A stretch of DNA of 64,000 nucleotides, from the NCBI GenBank assembly GCA_963662275.1, contig OY759316.1, positions 4,192,001 to 4,256,000 on the forward strand, in the 5' to 3' direction. This stretch comes from Candidatus Cloacimonadales bacterium. GTDB lineage: Bacteria; Cloacimonadota; Cloacimonadia; Cloacimonadales; DAONDQ01. The translations under genes were made by a program, and so were the position numbers. The stretch's first letter is position 1. Each line of letters starts with the position of its first letter. The notes under the pieces were generated by a model that saw nothing but the letters and a program-made list of their open reading frames with translations, made no database searches and had not been told where the DNA came from. Positions 8,645 to 19,311 of the stretch are shown here, one piece after another.

Positions 8645-9907
8645 ATGAGAAAAACACGTTTTATCATACTCTTGGCAATGTTAATCACATGTTGCCTCCA
8701 AGCAGAAGTGATGGACCGAATCGTAGCAAAAGTTGGTGATGAGATTATTCTTTATAGCGATTTGCAAAAGCAAATGGCACAAATGAAAAATGCCAAAATG
8801 CTAAATGAAAACGAGACGGAAAAGGATGTTTTAACCGAAATGGTAGAATCCCGCTTAGTCATTCAGAAAGCCAGGGAATTGAATTACCAGGTGGATGAAG
8901 ATCGCATCAAAACCATGGTAGATAAGCAAATGAAAGGGATCCAGGCAAATTTTAAAACAGAAGAAGCCTTCTATTCTGAATTACGTAAAACACATCTTAC
9001 AAAATCTGAATTAATGAAGTATTTTAGCGATCTTTATACAGAACAAATGCTCAAGGAACAGATCATAGATAGCCAGATTAAAAGAAAAGTGAAAATATCC
9101 GATGCTGAAGTGGAGGATTATTTTCGTGAACATAAGACAGATTTTCCGATGCGACCTCTCATGTATCAGATTGGCATGATCATGAGACAATTTCATGTGA
9201 GCAAGGCAACGAAAGACCAGAAAAAAGCTGAAATACAGGATATTCTTTCCAAGTTACGAAAAGGTGATGATTTTGCAGAAAAAGCAAGGAAATTCAGTGA
9301 AGATCCAGGGAGTGCGGAAAATGGAGGAGATCTAGGTTTTGTCAGCAGGGGAATGATGGTCAAACCATTCGAAGATGCTGCATTCAGTCTTAAACCAGGT
9401 GAAATCAGCGGGATTGTTGAAACGCAGTTTGGTTATCATATAATAAAAATGGAAGAAAAGAATGGAGAAGAAATTAAAATCAGCCATATCCTGAAGATGT
9501 TAGTTCCTGATCATACAGATTCCCTAGCCACAAGAGAATTGATGGATACAGTACTTGCCCGCTTAAAAGGGGGGGAATCCTTTACGGAATTAGCAAAGAA
9601 ATATTCGGAAGATGATTCCTCTGCCGTGAATGGCGGTATCATCGGAGAGTTTAATGATGATAACTATCCGGATATGTTCAAAACGATCCTCAGCGCCTTA
9701 CCTCTCGGTCAATATTCCGATGTGATAGATAACGGTGATATGTTATATATATTTGGAAAGTTGAAGGAATTGCCTTCCCGAGTCTATACATATTCGGAAA
9801 TCAAACCACAGTTGACAGAATATGTCACTTCACAGAAACAGTTGAAATTGTATCAGCAATGGATTGACCAACTGAAGAAAGATATTTACACGGAAATACT
9901 TCTCTAA
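8645..9907 (+). CDS. surA: SurA-like periplasmic chaperone with two parvulin domains
   Basis: DRIVAKVGDEII N-domain; FAEKARKFSEDPGSAENGGDLGF; ETQFGYHIIK. Confidence 0.85.
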   Translation: MRKTRFIILLAMLITCCLQAEVMDRIVAKVGDEIILYSDLQKQMAQMKNAKMLNENETEKDVLTEMVESRLVIQKARELNYQVDEDRIKTMVDKQMKGIQANFKTEEAFYSELRKTHLTKSELMKYFSDLYTEQMLKEQIIDSQIKRKVKISDAEVEDYFREHKTDFPMRPLMYQIGMIMRQFHVSKATKDQKKAEIQDILSKLRKGDDFAEKARKFSEDPGSAENGGDLGFVSRGMMVKPFEDAAFSLKPGEISGIVETQFGYHIIKMEEKNGEEIKISHILKMLVPDHTDSLATRELMDTVLARLKGGESFTELAKKYSEDDSSAVNGGIIGEFNDDNYPDMFKTILSALPLGQYSDVIDNGDMLYIFGKLKELPSRVYTYSEIKPQLTEYVTSQKQLKLYQQWIDQLKKDIYTEILL

Positions 9908-10447
9908 ATGAATTTCAAACAAGTTACAGTGAATGGTCTGGCTACCCTGGGTGTAGGATATATACCCTTTGCTCCCGGAACATTTGGTTCCTTATTGGGC
10001 TTGCTAATTTGGATATTGATACCGGATAAATGGATTGGATTAACATGGAAAATTTATCTGCCAACGCTCAATATAGTGCCGAACATTCATGATTACCTGG
10101 TTTATTCAATCGCTTTGGGAATTACATTAATTTTTTCCCTGGCAGCAGTTTGGATCACGAGTAAAGCTGAAAAGAACCTTGGACATGACAGTCCAAAGAT
10201 CATCTTGGATGAAGTATGTGGTATGTGGCTCAGCGTCATGTTTCTTCCTCGGACCTGGATGCTTTATATATATGCATTTGTCCTGTTCAGAGTCTTTGAC
10301 ATTAGTAAACCTTATCCGGTCAACGAAATACAAAAACTGCCGGCAGGATGGGGAATTGTAGCAGACGACTTGACAGCAGCGATATATGTGAATCTTTTGC
10401 TCCAGATTTTACTTCACCTAAAACCATCTTTTTTTTTCCTGCTCTAA
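9908..10447 (+). CDS. pgpA: Phosphatidylglycerophosphatase A
   Basis: PFAPGTFGS, HDSPKIILDEVCG, FRVFDISKPYP, GIVADD. Confidence 0.93.
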   Translation: MNFKQVTVNGLATLGVGYIPFAPGTFGSLLGLLIWILIPDKWIGLTWKIYLPTLNIVPNIHDYLVYSIALGITLIFSLAAVWITSKAEKNLGHDSPKIILDEVCGMWLSVMFLPRTWMLYIYAFVLFRVFDISKPYPVNEIQKLPAGWGIVADDLTAAIYVNLLLQILLHLKPSFFFLL

Positions 10448-10586
10448 GAATCAGGGAAAATTAAGATTGAATCAATAAATAAACACTCAAAAACATGCAG
10501 AACAGGAATTGCATGATATGTTGAAAGGAAAGAATTAGTCTTTCAAAAAGTACCCTCTGAAGTGGACGGTACAAAGGAGAACGAAA

Positions 10587-10940
10587 ATGTTATATACAAT
10601 AATTGCAATGGCAACACAGCCCGCAGCAGCAGGTGCTAAAAGTGGCGGTGCTGGCGGACTCATGGGGATGATTCCGTTTATTCTGATGATTCTTGTTTTC
10701 TGGTTATTGATCATCCGTCCCCAAGCGAAAAAACAAAAAGAATTGACTGCGATGCTATCCACGTTAAAAGAAGATGACAAAGTAATTACAACAAGTGGTA
10801 TCTATGGAAAAGTTTTTTCCATATTGCCAGATAAAGATATTGTCGTAGTTGAGATTGATGAAACCAACAAAGTTCGTGTTAGATTCCAACGCGGAGCGAT
10901 AGCAACCATCCTTCCGAGAAAGGACAACCAAGAGGATTAA
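10587..10940 (+). CDS. yajC: Preprotein translocase subunit YajC
   Basis: FWLLIIRPQAKKQK, DKVITTSGIYG. Confidence 0.95.
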   Translation: MLYTIIAMATQPAAAGAKSGGAGGLMGMIPFILMILVFWLLIIRPQAKKQKELTAMLSTLKEDDKVITTSGIYGKVFSILPDKDIVVVEIDETNKVRVRFQRGAIATILPRKDNQED

Positions 10941-10949
10941 TCCAGCTTT

Positions 10950-11495
10950 ATGAAATCAAAGATGCTTCGGATTCGTCTTGTCGGAGACCCAATTCTAAAG
11001 AAAATAGCTGAACCTGTCAGGGAAATTACACCTGAACTAAAAGCCTTTATCAAAGATCTTACTTTCACGATGTATGAAACAGATGGTGTTGGTCTTGCAG
11101 CACCCCAGGTTGGTCTTTCGCAAAGAATATTTGTAATTGATACTACGTGGACTCAGGATGATGGAAAAAAAGAAGCATTTGTCCTGATCAATCCGGTCAT
11201 TCGAGAAAGCTTTGGTGAACTGCTTTATGAAGAGGGATGCTTAAGTGTTCCCGGTATCTTTGAAAAAGTACGCCGATATAATTCAATTATCATAGAATAT
11301 ACGGATGTAAAAGGTGAACTATGTCGTATAGAAGCAGAAGGAACACGTGCCGTCGTGTTGCAGCATGAATATGACCATTTGGAAGGTATTCTGTTTATCG
11401 ATAGGCTTCCAAAATTAAAGCTTTGGCCTTTAAAAAAGAAAATCAGACAATTTGAAAACATGATCGATAAAGATGGTAACAACTTTCGACCCTAA
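10950..11495 (+). CDS. def: Peptide deformylase
   Basis: GVGLAAPQ, EGCLS, QHEYDHLEG. Confidence 0.98.
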   Translation: MKSKMLRIRLVGDPILKKIAEPVREITPELKAFIKDLTFTMYETDGVGLAAPQVGLSQRIFVIDTTWTQDDGKKEAFVLINPVIRESFGELLYEEGCLSVPGIFEKVRRYNSIIIEYTDVKGELCRIEAEGTRAVVLQHEYDHLEGILFIDRLPKLKLWPLKKKIRQFENMIDKDGNNFRP

Positions 11496-12438
11496 ATCAA
11501 TCAAGTCACTCATATTTATGGGGACTCCCCTTTTTGCTGCCTATTCCCTGCAATCTTTAAATGATTCAGGATTTAAGCCTATTTTAGTCATCACACAACC
11601 CGATTCAGCCCAGGGAAGAAATTTACGTTTAACACCACCACCGGTTAAAGTTCGTGCCTTAGAGATGGGGATTGATGTCCTTCAGCCTGAAGATATCAAT
11701 GCAGAAGCTGTATTGAATATTCTGACACACCTTTCACCGGATATTATTGTAACCACAGCTTATGGTGGTTATATTGGAAAACAAATAAGATTGCTGCCTA
11801 AATTTGGATGTATTAATCTGCATCCATCCATGTTACCGAAGTATCGTGGTTCTTCACCCATTCGTACCGCATTATTAAATGGCGATAGTATAACCGGAAA
11901 TACAATTTATCGTCTGACCTCCAAAATCGATGCTGGACCGATCTATCTCCAGGAAACGATTCAAATCACAGCAGAACATAACTTATCTCTTCTTGAGCAT
12001 GATTTGGCTGTCCAGGGGGCAAATTTATTAGTGAAAGCTTTAAGACAGATTGCTAATAATTCCATTTGTGAACAACCCCAGGATAATGATTTAGCAACTT
12101 ACACAAAGAAGCTTGCCAGTGAAGATCAAAAAATTGATTGGAACTATACAGCCAAAGAGATTTATCATCAGATTCAGTCTCTTTCTTTTGAACCTGGAGC
12201 TATCACTTCATTTAGAGGGAAGCCAATCAAAATTCTAGCTGCTAAAGTAAGTGAAATTACTTCCAATGCCTCTCCCGGTATTGTTAGGTCAATTGAGAAA
12301 CACCAAGGAATCCTAGTTTCTACAAAAGATTATGATTTACTGATTACATGTGTTCAGCCTACAGGAAAGAAAATCATGGATGCATACACTTTTCATATCG
12401 GTGCCAGGATCGAAAAAGGAGAACAAATTGGTTTCTGA
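11473..12438 (+). CDS. fmt: Methionyl-tRNA formyltransferase
   Basis: FMGTP, INLHPSMLPKYRGSSP, IDAGPI; follows def. Confidence 0.96.
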   Translation: MVTTFDPKSIKSLIFMGTPLFAAYSLQSLNDSGFKPILVITQPDSAQGRNLRLTPPPVKVRALEMGIDVLQPEDINAEAVLNILTHLSPDIIVTTAYGGYIGKQIRLLPKFGCINLHPSMLPKYRGSSPIRTALLNGDSITGNTIYRLTSKIDAGPIYLQETIQITAEHNLSLLEHDLAVQGANLLVKALRQIANNSICEQPQDNDLATYTKKLASEDQKIDWNYTAKEIYHQIQSLSFEPGAITSFRGKPIKILAAKVSEITSNASPGIVRSIEKHQGILVSTKDYDLLITCVQPTGKKIMDAYTFHIGARIEKGEQIGF

Positions 12439-13192
12439 ACGCATCTTTGGTAGAAAATCTGATTTCTTGTTATTAACAACTTTATCGTTTGGCATCTGTC
12501 TATTGGTTTGGGAAGTGCTTTGGTGGCTAGTATCACCTCGCTTTCATCATTTGTATATTAACCTGCATCTGGTGATGAACAGCCTGGTACAAAGCTGTGC
12601 ACTCATCTTTGTATTATCTTTTCTATTACTGATCATTCATGTATTAGCTGAAAGAATTACAATTCTTGGCTTTTATACGCGATGGTTTTTTTTACATACT
12701 TATCCTATTGCATATCGTCTAGGCAGATTATTTGGTTTGAAAAAAGAAAGATTAAGTATCACTTTTATCATGGTTAATAATATCCTGGTTAGTAAGATAA
12801 AAAAAAAATACGAATCAGAAGACATGATGATACTTCTACCGCATTGCCTGCAAAAACAGAAATGCAATCTTAGAATCCAGAATGAAATTGATAACTGTAA
12901 AGCCTGCGGAGCTTGTAACCTCACGGAATTCAAGCAATTAACCAAAGAAACTATGATCGGTGTCCATGTGGCAACAGGTGGAACTTTGGCTAGACGTATC
13001 ATTTCGAGTAACAAGCCCCTATTTATCATCGCTGTTGCTTGTCACAGGGACTTGGTTGATGGGATTGTAGAAGCTTATCCGATTCCTGTTTATGGGATTT
13101 TGAATGAAAGACCGGAAGGACCCTGTATCAATACAATCGTTGATATGGATCTGGTAAGAAAGGCCGTTAATTATTTTCGAAAAGGACAGTAG
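12428..13192 (+). CDS. DUF116 family membrane protein (Cys-rich)
   Basis: LLPHCLQ, CKACGAC, VATGGTLAR, IAVACHRDL, GPCINT; start uncertain (ORF from 12350). Confidence 0.85.
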   Translation: MVSERIFGRKSDFLLLTTLSFGICLLVWEVLWWLVSPRFHHLYINLHLVMNSLVQSCALIFVLSFLLLIIHVLAERITILGFYTRWFFLHTYPIAYRLGRLFGLKKERLSITFIMVNNILVSKIKKKYESEDMMILLPHCLQKQKCNLRIQNEIDNCKACGACNLTEFKQLTKETMIGVHVATGGTLARRIISSNKPLFIIAVACHRDLVDGIVEAYPIPVYGILNERPEGPCINTIVDMDLVRKAVNYFRKGQ

Positions 13193-13305
13193 GGATTTAT
13201 GGCTTTAAATATGTTTACGAATTCATTAATATTTTGAACAATGCGTGTATACGACCGCAAATATCTATGTAGCAGAACTCACTTATAAACAAAAAAAAGA
13301 GGATT

Positions 13306-14466
13306 ATGATGAAAAAGGGACATATCTTTCTGCTCTTATTCTTCGTGTTGATTGTGAATACATTGATCAGCATTATCATCAATGAATCAAAGGATCAGGA
13401 CAAGGATTCTAATGGTTTTTTTACGACTTCTACACAAAAGCGAAATGAAGATAACATCAATCTCTCAACATCTCGCAGGAACTCCATCACAGAGGCAGTG
13501 AATTTGATCGAACCTGCAGTCGTTAGCGTAAATGTATTCAAGACACAGATCGTCAGGAACGGGAATAATTTTTTTGGAGATCCTTTCTTTGGATTTTATA
13601 ATATGCCTCCGATGAAACAGCAGGTACAGAGCATAGGTAGTGGAGTAATCATCAATAAAGATGGTTATATTGCGACAAATGGACATGTTGTTGAGGGTGC
13701 TTCCCAGATTAAAGTAGTTTTATCAGATGGCAGGGAATTTGATGCGAAATTAATTGGCATTGATAAAGGACATGATATTGCAGTGATCCAAATTAAAGGA
13801 GAAAAATTGCCATTTGCTATCATGGGTTCTTCTGATGATCTAATTATTGGTGAATGGGCAATTGCCTTGGGAAATCCATACGGCTATCTCATGGGAGATG
13901 CAAAACCCAGTGTTTCTGTTGGTGTAATTTCTGCCTCAAACCGTAACTTTGCAGGCAGGCAGGATGGAATCGCTTACAAAGGTATGATTCAAACAGATGC
14001 CCCCATTAATCCAGGTAATAGCGGTGGTCCCTTGGTTAATATTTATGGTGAAGTGATAGGACTTAATACATTCATTTTTTCAGAGAGTGGAGGAAGTGTT
14101 GGTATCGGATTTGCCATCCCTGTAGATCGAGTAAAAAGAGTAGTTTCTGAATTGATTAAAAACGGTAAAATTCAAGAAATAAACTATGGTTTCAAGGTGC
14201 AGGATATGAATCCAAACCTGGCAAAATACTTGAATACAGCCGACCAGGATGGTGTTGTCGTTGCTCAGATTGATCCAAAAGGTCCTGCATCTGAAGCAGG
14301 ATTACAGTTAAAAGATATAATCATCAGCATTAACGATTATCGCACGAAAAACTCAAATGATATCCAACTGGCAATAGCTGATATTTTTCCAGGGGATAAC
14401 ATTGCAATCCAAGTGGAGCGCAAAGGGAAGAAGATAATTCTGAATATGAAAGCAGTCGCTTTATAG
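13306..14466 (+). CDS. HtrA/DegP-family serine protease with one PDZ domain
   Basis: GSGVII, TNGHVV, DIAVI, TDAPINPGNSGGPL. Confidence 0.95.
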   Translation: MMKKGHIFLLLFFVLIVNTLISIIINESKDQDKDSNGFFTTSTQKRNEDNINLSTSRRNSITEAVNLIEPAVVSVNVFKTQIVRNGNNFFGDPFFGFYNMPPMKQQVQSIGSGVIINKDGYIATNGHVVEGASQIKVVLSDGREFDAKLIGIDKGHDIAVIQIKGEKLPFAIMGSSDDLIIGEWAIALGNPYGYLMGDAKPSVSVGVISASNRNFAGRQDGIAYKGMIQTDAPINPGNSGGPLVNIYGEVIGLNTFIFSESGGSVGIGFAIPVDRVKRVVSELIKNGKIQEINYGFKVQDMNPNLAKYLNTADQDGVVVAQIDPKGPASEAGLQLKDIIISINDYRTKNSNDIQLAIADIFPGDNIAIQVERKGKKIILNMKAVAL

Positions 14467-15177
14467 AAGATTTTCCTCCGCAAAACTAAAATAGGCATTA
14501 TCTCCAACAATGACGTGATCTAGTACTCTCACGTTCACAAAATCCATAGATTGTTTAATTTTCCTGGTGATTTGAAGATCATCCTGGGAAGGTTTCATTG
14601 TACCGCTGGGGTGATTGTGAATCAGCATGATCGCTGAACTACCATAATGAAAAACTCTTTCCATTAACTCCCTGATATAAATCTTAGCCTCATTCACGGT
14701 ACCTGTTGAGATCGTTTCATCCCGTAAGATCATATTTTTATTATTCAAAAACAAGACTCGGAATTCTTCTTTTTTCTCACCTTTATATTTCAGTTGCAGA
14801 TAAGAGAGAACATCGCTTAATGATGAAACGCAGTCTGCATTCAGTACCTTTTCTCGTAAACAAAAGACAGCCGCATCTTTCATAAATCTCAGAAAAATGA
14901 TCGATCTTTTGCTGATTCCTGTAATCTTCTCAAGCTCGTCAACAGAAGCGTTCAGAACATTATTCAGACTGCCGAATTCTTGAATCATAATCTTGGAAAG
15001 AAGTTTATTATCTTTACGTATCAGTACTAACCCAAGCATTAATTCTAATACTTCCTGGGACGTAAAGTTATCTAGCCCTTCACCAAGATAACGCAGAAGC
15101 ATTCTTTGACGATGTCCGGTTTGGAATTTGGTTAGTTGTTCTTTTTCAGAAAAGTTTGAGGAATCGTGGATTTTCAT
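14461..15177 (-). CDS. radC: RadC/JAB-domain protein
   Basis: GHRQRM N-terminus; EEFRVLFL; HNHPSG..PSQDD; LDHVIVG. Confidence 0.93.
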   Translation of the reverse strand: MKIHDSSNFSEKEQLTKFQTGHRQRMLLRYLGEGLDNFTSQEVLELMLGLVLIRKDNKLLSKIMIQEFGSLNNVLNASVDELEKITGISKRSIIFLRFMKDAAVFCLREKVLNADCVSSLSDVLSYLQLKYKGEKKEEFRVLFLNNKNMILRDETISTGTVNEAKIYIRELMERVFHYGSSAIMLIHNHPSGTMKPSQDDLQITRKIKQSMDFVNVRVLDHVIVGDNAYFSFAEENLL

Positions 15178-15543
15178 AGGTACCCTCCTTATTTAAATGC
15201 TAATTTACTAGAACCTCAGAACTTTGGCAATATATTTCTAGTTCCATAGCTATCATTTAACGCATTATCGAACCTCAGTTAATGATTTTATGAAGGTAAA
15301 GGGGAATTGCGCTTAAAATGAAGTTTTGACACACGCTAAGCGAAATAAACAAATGGAAAAAGAATGTTGTCCGTATAAAGGTTGTTTTATAAAACAATTG
15401 CAATATTATGCAGATCTAGTTTCTGTAGAATGACATCCTGAATCAGTAAAAGAATGCTGTACATGTATGATAATTAATTCAAAGAAAGTCATTGTAAGAT
15501 GTATCTAAGAAGATATAAGTTATCTGGTATCTTTTCACTCTGA

Positions 15544-15559
15544 TGTTTCACGTGAAACA
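15544..15559. other. parS centromere site
   Basis: Perfect TGTTTCACGTGAAACA. Confidence 0.92.
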
Positions 15560-15603
15560 CAGAAAACAAACAATCAATATCTATTTCTTTCATTTATTAA
15601 AAA

Positions 15604-15633
15604 TGTGTATAAATGAGAAATTCATGTGTATAA
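15604..15633 (-). promoter_or_regulatory. Two DnaA boxes between the parS sites
   Basis: TGTGTATAA at 15604 and 15625 (reverse complement TTATACACA). Confidence 0.55.
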
Positions 15634-15713
15634 GTTAATTTGTTATTGCCAGAAATCGACTAGATCTTACTTCACCTGATGGTATGGATGTGTATATCTG
15701 ATGAATAGTCGGA

Positions 15714-15729
15714 TGTTTCACGTGAAACG
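15714..15729. other. parS centromere site
   Basis: TGTTTCACGTGAAACG (15/16 match). Confidence 0.88.
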
Positions 15730-15730
15730 A

Positions 15731-16204
15731 TTAACTGTTAAAAGCCTTTCGAAACTCTCTAATTTTCTTCCGTATTTCCGGATTTGAAAGAGCTAGGATT
15801 TCTGCTGCGAGTATTGCTGCGTTCTTCCCTCCATCTATGGCAACCGTAGCCACAGGTATGCCGGTTGGCATTTGAACAATTGCCAGTAAAGAATCCTGTC
15901 CATGCAAAGCGGAACCTGAGAGGGGTACTCCAATAACCGGCAGCAGGGTATAGGAAGCTAGTATTCCTGGTAGATGAGCTGCCATACCTGCTGCTGCAAT
16001 AATTACCTGGATACCTTCTTCTTCTGCTTTTTCAGCAAGATCAATCGTTTTTCCAGGATTACGATGGGCTGAAGAAATGTAGAAATCATAGGGAATCTGG
16101 AAAACCTCGAGTTGTTCTCTGATAGAATTGCCAGCAAGAATATCAGATTTGCTACCGATAATTATTCTTATCAATGGTGATTGTCTGTCTTCTAATGATT
16201 TCAT
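15731..16204 (-). CDS. purE: N5-CAIR mutase
   Basis: GSKSD, SAHRNP, AGMAAHLPG, QMPTGIPVATV. Confidence 0.97.
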   Translation of the reverse strand: MKSLEDRQSPLIRIIIGSKSDILAGNSIREQLEVFQIPYDFYISSAHRNPGKTIDLAEKAEEEGIQVIIAAAGMAAHLPGILASYTLLPVIGVPLSGSALHGQDSLLAIVQMPTGIPVATVAIDGGKNAAILAAEILALSNPEIRKKIREFRKAFNS

Positions 16205-16225
16205 TACATTGATAGATTATTAATT

Positions 16226-16882
16226 TTAAATTGAAGTAAGGGCTTTATGAATTTCTTCAACTGAATTCGTTGTTTTAAGTAATTTGATGATGGTTTCATT
16301 CATAAGTAGTTTTGATATGTAGGATAAAGAAAACAGATGCTGCTTATCATTATGCAGCAAGAGCATAAAAAATAGGCTAACAGGTTTATTATCGGGGGCA
16401 TCGAATTCTACACCTTCATCAGATCTCCCGAATAAAATGGAAGGAGTTTTGATTTTCGTCGGATGTAAATGCCTGGGATGTAAGAGAGCAACTTCATTTC
16501 CAACTGCTGTGGAAACGAGTTCTTCACGAGCCACAACTACTTCATAGAGCCATTTGGCATCTCTCACAATTTTCAATTCTTTCGCTTTCTCAGCAGTAAT
16601 GCGGATTGCTTCATATTTATTATCAGCGTGAAAATCCAAGAAGATGTTCTCCGGTCTAAAGTATTCTTCAAATCGACAGATAGTTCTTTGCATTGCAAGT
16701 TGTTCTTCATCGTTCTGAGATAAGTTTTCCAGCCACCCATCAACAGAATCCTTATCAATCTTGATTGATTTACCGGCTCTTGCAGTTGTGAATACATTAT
16801 CTTTTATCATTTCATGTATTACTTTCTCACTGACTTTCAAGTATTTTGCTGCTTCGATAAACGTAAGCATCTTCTTTGTCAT
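16226..16882 (-). CDS. Excisionase-type HTH fused to PTS EIIA (Ntr/Fru-type) domain
   Basis: MLTFIEAAKYLKVSEK HTH; REELVSTAVGNEVALLHPR; FDAPDNKPV; RBS GGAGG. Confidence 0.88.
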   Translation of the reverse strand: MTKKMLTFIEAAKYLKVSEKVIHEMIKDNVFTTARAGKSIKIDKDSVDGWLENLSQNDEEQLAMQRTICRFEEYFRPENIFLDFHADNKYEAIRITAEKAKELKIVRDAKWLYEVVVAREELVSTAVGNEVALLHPRHLHPTKIKTPSILFGRSDEGVEFDAPDNKPVSLFFMLLLHNDKQHLFSLSYISKLLMNETIIKLLKTTNSVEEIHKALTSI

Positions 16883-16968
16883 AAATCCTCCACTCTTGTT
16901 TAGATACGCTATACACACTTATAAGTTAATGCTTGACAGATAATATTCATAATTTTATGTAATATGTC

Positions 16969-17472
16969 ATGGTCAAGAAATTAATAGTCTATATCGGGAT
17001 TTTTTTCACTTTATTCGGCTGTTCTTATTCCGTTCATTCAACAGCTTATCCGAATTTGAAAAAAATACTCATTCAACCTTTTGAGAATAAATCTACCGAA
17101 TACAATCTCGGTGATGATCTTCTCATATTCCTGAATAACTCATTTCGGGATGATGGAAGATTGCGTCCAGTGACAATCGCTCCTGACTGCCAATTGGAAG
17201 GAAACATACTCGACTTCTCAGAGACAGCTTTTAGTTACGATCAATCTAATAATGTACAGGAGTTTCAAGTCAAGATACTTTTTTCTATCACCCTGACTGA
17301 TTTACAGAAAAGCCAAGTAATTTACGAAAATAAGAGTCTTTTTTTATCAGAAAATTATGCCCCTCGTCCTGGTGAGGGTACAAGCAGTTTTAAAACAAAA
17401 CAGGAAGCTGAAAAACAAATCTACAAAGATCTTTTTCAAGATATCCTGAAAAATAGTTTGGAGTCCTGGTGA
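16969..17472 (+). CDS. lptE: LptE-like LPS assembly lipoprotein
   Basis: Lipobox LFGC-SYS, IQPFENKS, C-terminal W. Confidence 0.7.
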   Translation: MVKKLIVYIGIFFTLFGCSYSVHSTAYPNLKKILIQPFENKSTEYNLGDDLLIFLNNSFRDDGRLRPVTIAPDCQLEGNILDFSETAFSYDQSNNVQEFQVKILFSITLTDLQKSQVIYENKSLFLSENYAPRPGEGTSSFKTKQEAEKQIYKDLFQDILKNSLESW

Positions 17473-18233
17473 GGATAAACCGCTTTTTAGCGCAAGCAAA
17501 TCTCGGTTCGCGACGACAAGTAGAAGAGTATATTTCAAGAGGAAAAGTAACGGTTAATGGTAAAATATGTCAGGATCTAAGTACTCAGATTGATACTGCT
17601 AATGATATTGTGACATATGATAATAAAGTCGTTCATATACAGAATGAATTAATTTACATTATGCTCAACAAGCCTCTTGATTATGTCGTAACAAAATCTG
17701 ACGAATATGGCAGAAAGACAGTATATGACTTGCTTCCTGAGTTTGCCCGTGCATTAAATCCAGTTGGCAGGTTAGATATGGACAGCGAAGGTTTACTTAT
17801 CCTGACTAACGATGGTGATCTGGCAAATCAGATTACACATCCACGCTACAAATTGGAAAAAGTTTATAAAGTTGAAGTCCAAGGTAATCTGACAAAGGAT
17901 GCTATTGAGAAGTTACGTCTTGGAGTTGAGATAGAAGGTATCAAGACACAGAGCGCACGTGTTTTTGTAAAAAGTCATGTTGGTGATCATTTTATTTTGA
18001 GAATAACGATTAGGGAAGGGAAAAAGCGTCAAATCAGGAGGATGGTCGAAGCGGTTAACTGTAAGGTTCTGCATTTAAAGCGGTTACAGATAGGAGACAT
18101 CAATCTTGATAAATTGCCAATTGGCATGTGGCGTTTCCTGAAACCGACTGAAATTATCTCTTTGAAACGCAGCATTTCACCAGGGAGCTTTCATAAAACA
18201 GGAGATAATACAAAACAGAACGGTGATGTATGA
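17469..18233 (+). CDS. rRNA pseudouridine synthase (RluB/RsuA family)
   Basis: S4 domain SRRQVE; VGRLDMDSEGLLILTNDG; EGKKRQIRRM. Confidence 0.93.
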   Translation: MRINRFLAQANLGSRRQVEEYISRGKVTVNGKICQDLSTQIDTANDIVTYDNKVVHIQNELIYIMLNKPLDYVVTKSDEYGRKTVYDLLPEFARALNPVGRLDMDSEGLLILTNDGDLANQITHPRYKLEKVYKVEVQGNLTKDAIEKLRLGVEIEGIKTQSARVFVKSHVGDHFILRITIREGKKRQIRRMVEAVNCKVLHLKRLQIGDINLDKLPIGMWRFLKPTEIISLKRSISPGSFHKTGDNTKQNGDV

Positions 18234-19309
18234 AAATTGCATTAATAGGCATGCCGAAAAGCGGTAAAACAACTATCTTTAACGCATTAACAGGTCTTCA
18301 GAAGGAAGTTGGGGCTTTTATCAGTCCGGAAAGTGAAACACATCATGGTATCGTAGAAGTACATGATGCTCGAGTAAGCTGGTTATCTGATCATTATAAA
18401 CCAAAGAAAACGATTTATGCAACGATTGAATATATGGATTTTGCAGGCATGTCTTCCGGTTCTGAAGCAGAAGAAGGTTTTTCTGTTCAGATACAGGAGG
18501 GAATGAAGACTGCAGATGCTCTGGCTCTAGTACTCAGGAATTTTGATGACGAGATTATTTCGGATATCGTTGGATCTCCTCAAGTGCTGCATGAGATTAG
18601 AACATTGGAAGAAGAAATGCTGATTTCAGATCAAATCCTGGTCGAAAAGAGATTAGAGAAGATTGAACTTGCCTACAAGCGAGGACAGAAGACACCTCAA
18701 CTTCAGATTGAAGAGAAGGTGCTTCGTTCTATCCTTGAACATCTTGAACAATCCAAACCGATTCGAACTATGGAATTAGCAGAAGAGGAAGATAAAGCGA
18801 TTCGTGGTTTTCAGTTTTTATCGCAAAAGCCAGTTTTAGTTATTTTGAATTCAGATGAAAATCATTATAGACAGGACGTAGATTTAATAGAGAAGATAAA
18901 ATCTCAGTATCCTTTTGTTGAATTTGCAGGTAAATTTGAAATGGAATTATCAGGGCTTTCACAAGAAGAAGCTAAGATGTTTATGGATGATATGAATATT
19001 GAGGAATCTGCCCGTGATTTACTGACCCGTTTTTCCTATTTGACCTTGGGATATGTCAGTTTCTTTACTGTAGGACCAGATGAAGTGCGTGCTTGGACGA
19101 TTTCAAATCATGAAAATGCCGTTGATGCAGCGGGGAAGATTCATTCAGATCTAGCCCGTGGCTTTATTCGAGCTGAATGTTTCAGTTATGCAGATCTTCT
19201 GGCTCATGGATCTGAAAAAGTACTTCGCGAAAAAGGACTCTTCCGCCTGGAAGGTAAGAATTATATTGTGAAGGATGGAGACATTCTTAATATCAGGTTC
19301 AGTGTATAG
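18230..19309 (+). CDS. ychF: YchF/Obg-like ATPase
   Basis: GMPKSGKTT, FFTVGPDEVRAW, AGKIHSDLARGFIRAE, EGKNYIVKDGD. Confidence 0.92.
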   Translation: MKIALIGMPKSGKTTIFNALTGLQKEVGAFISPESETHHGIVEVHDARVSWLSDHYKPKKTIYATIEYMDFAGMSSGSEAEEGFSVQIQEGMKTADALALVLRNFDDEIISDIVGSPQVLHEIRTLEEEMLISDQILVEKRLEKIELAYKRGQKTPQLQIEEKVLRSILEHLEQSKPIRTMELAEEEDKAIRGFQFLSQKPVLVILNSDENHYRQDVDLIEKIKSQYPFVEFAGKFEMELSGLSQEEAKMFMDDMNIEESARDLLTRFSYLTLGYVSFFTVGPDEVRAWTISNHENAVDAAGKIHSDLARGFIRAECFSYADLLAHGSEKVLREKGLFRLEGKNYIVKDGDILNIRFSV

Positions 19310-19311
19310 AA

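Noticed and set aside
14461..15177. radC as a marker of an integrated element
   Set aside because: Full-length chromosomal-type RadC among housekeeping genes; no integrase or att sites seen
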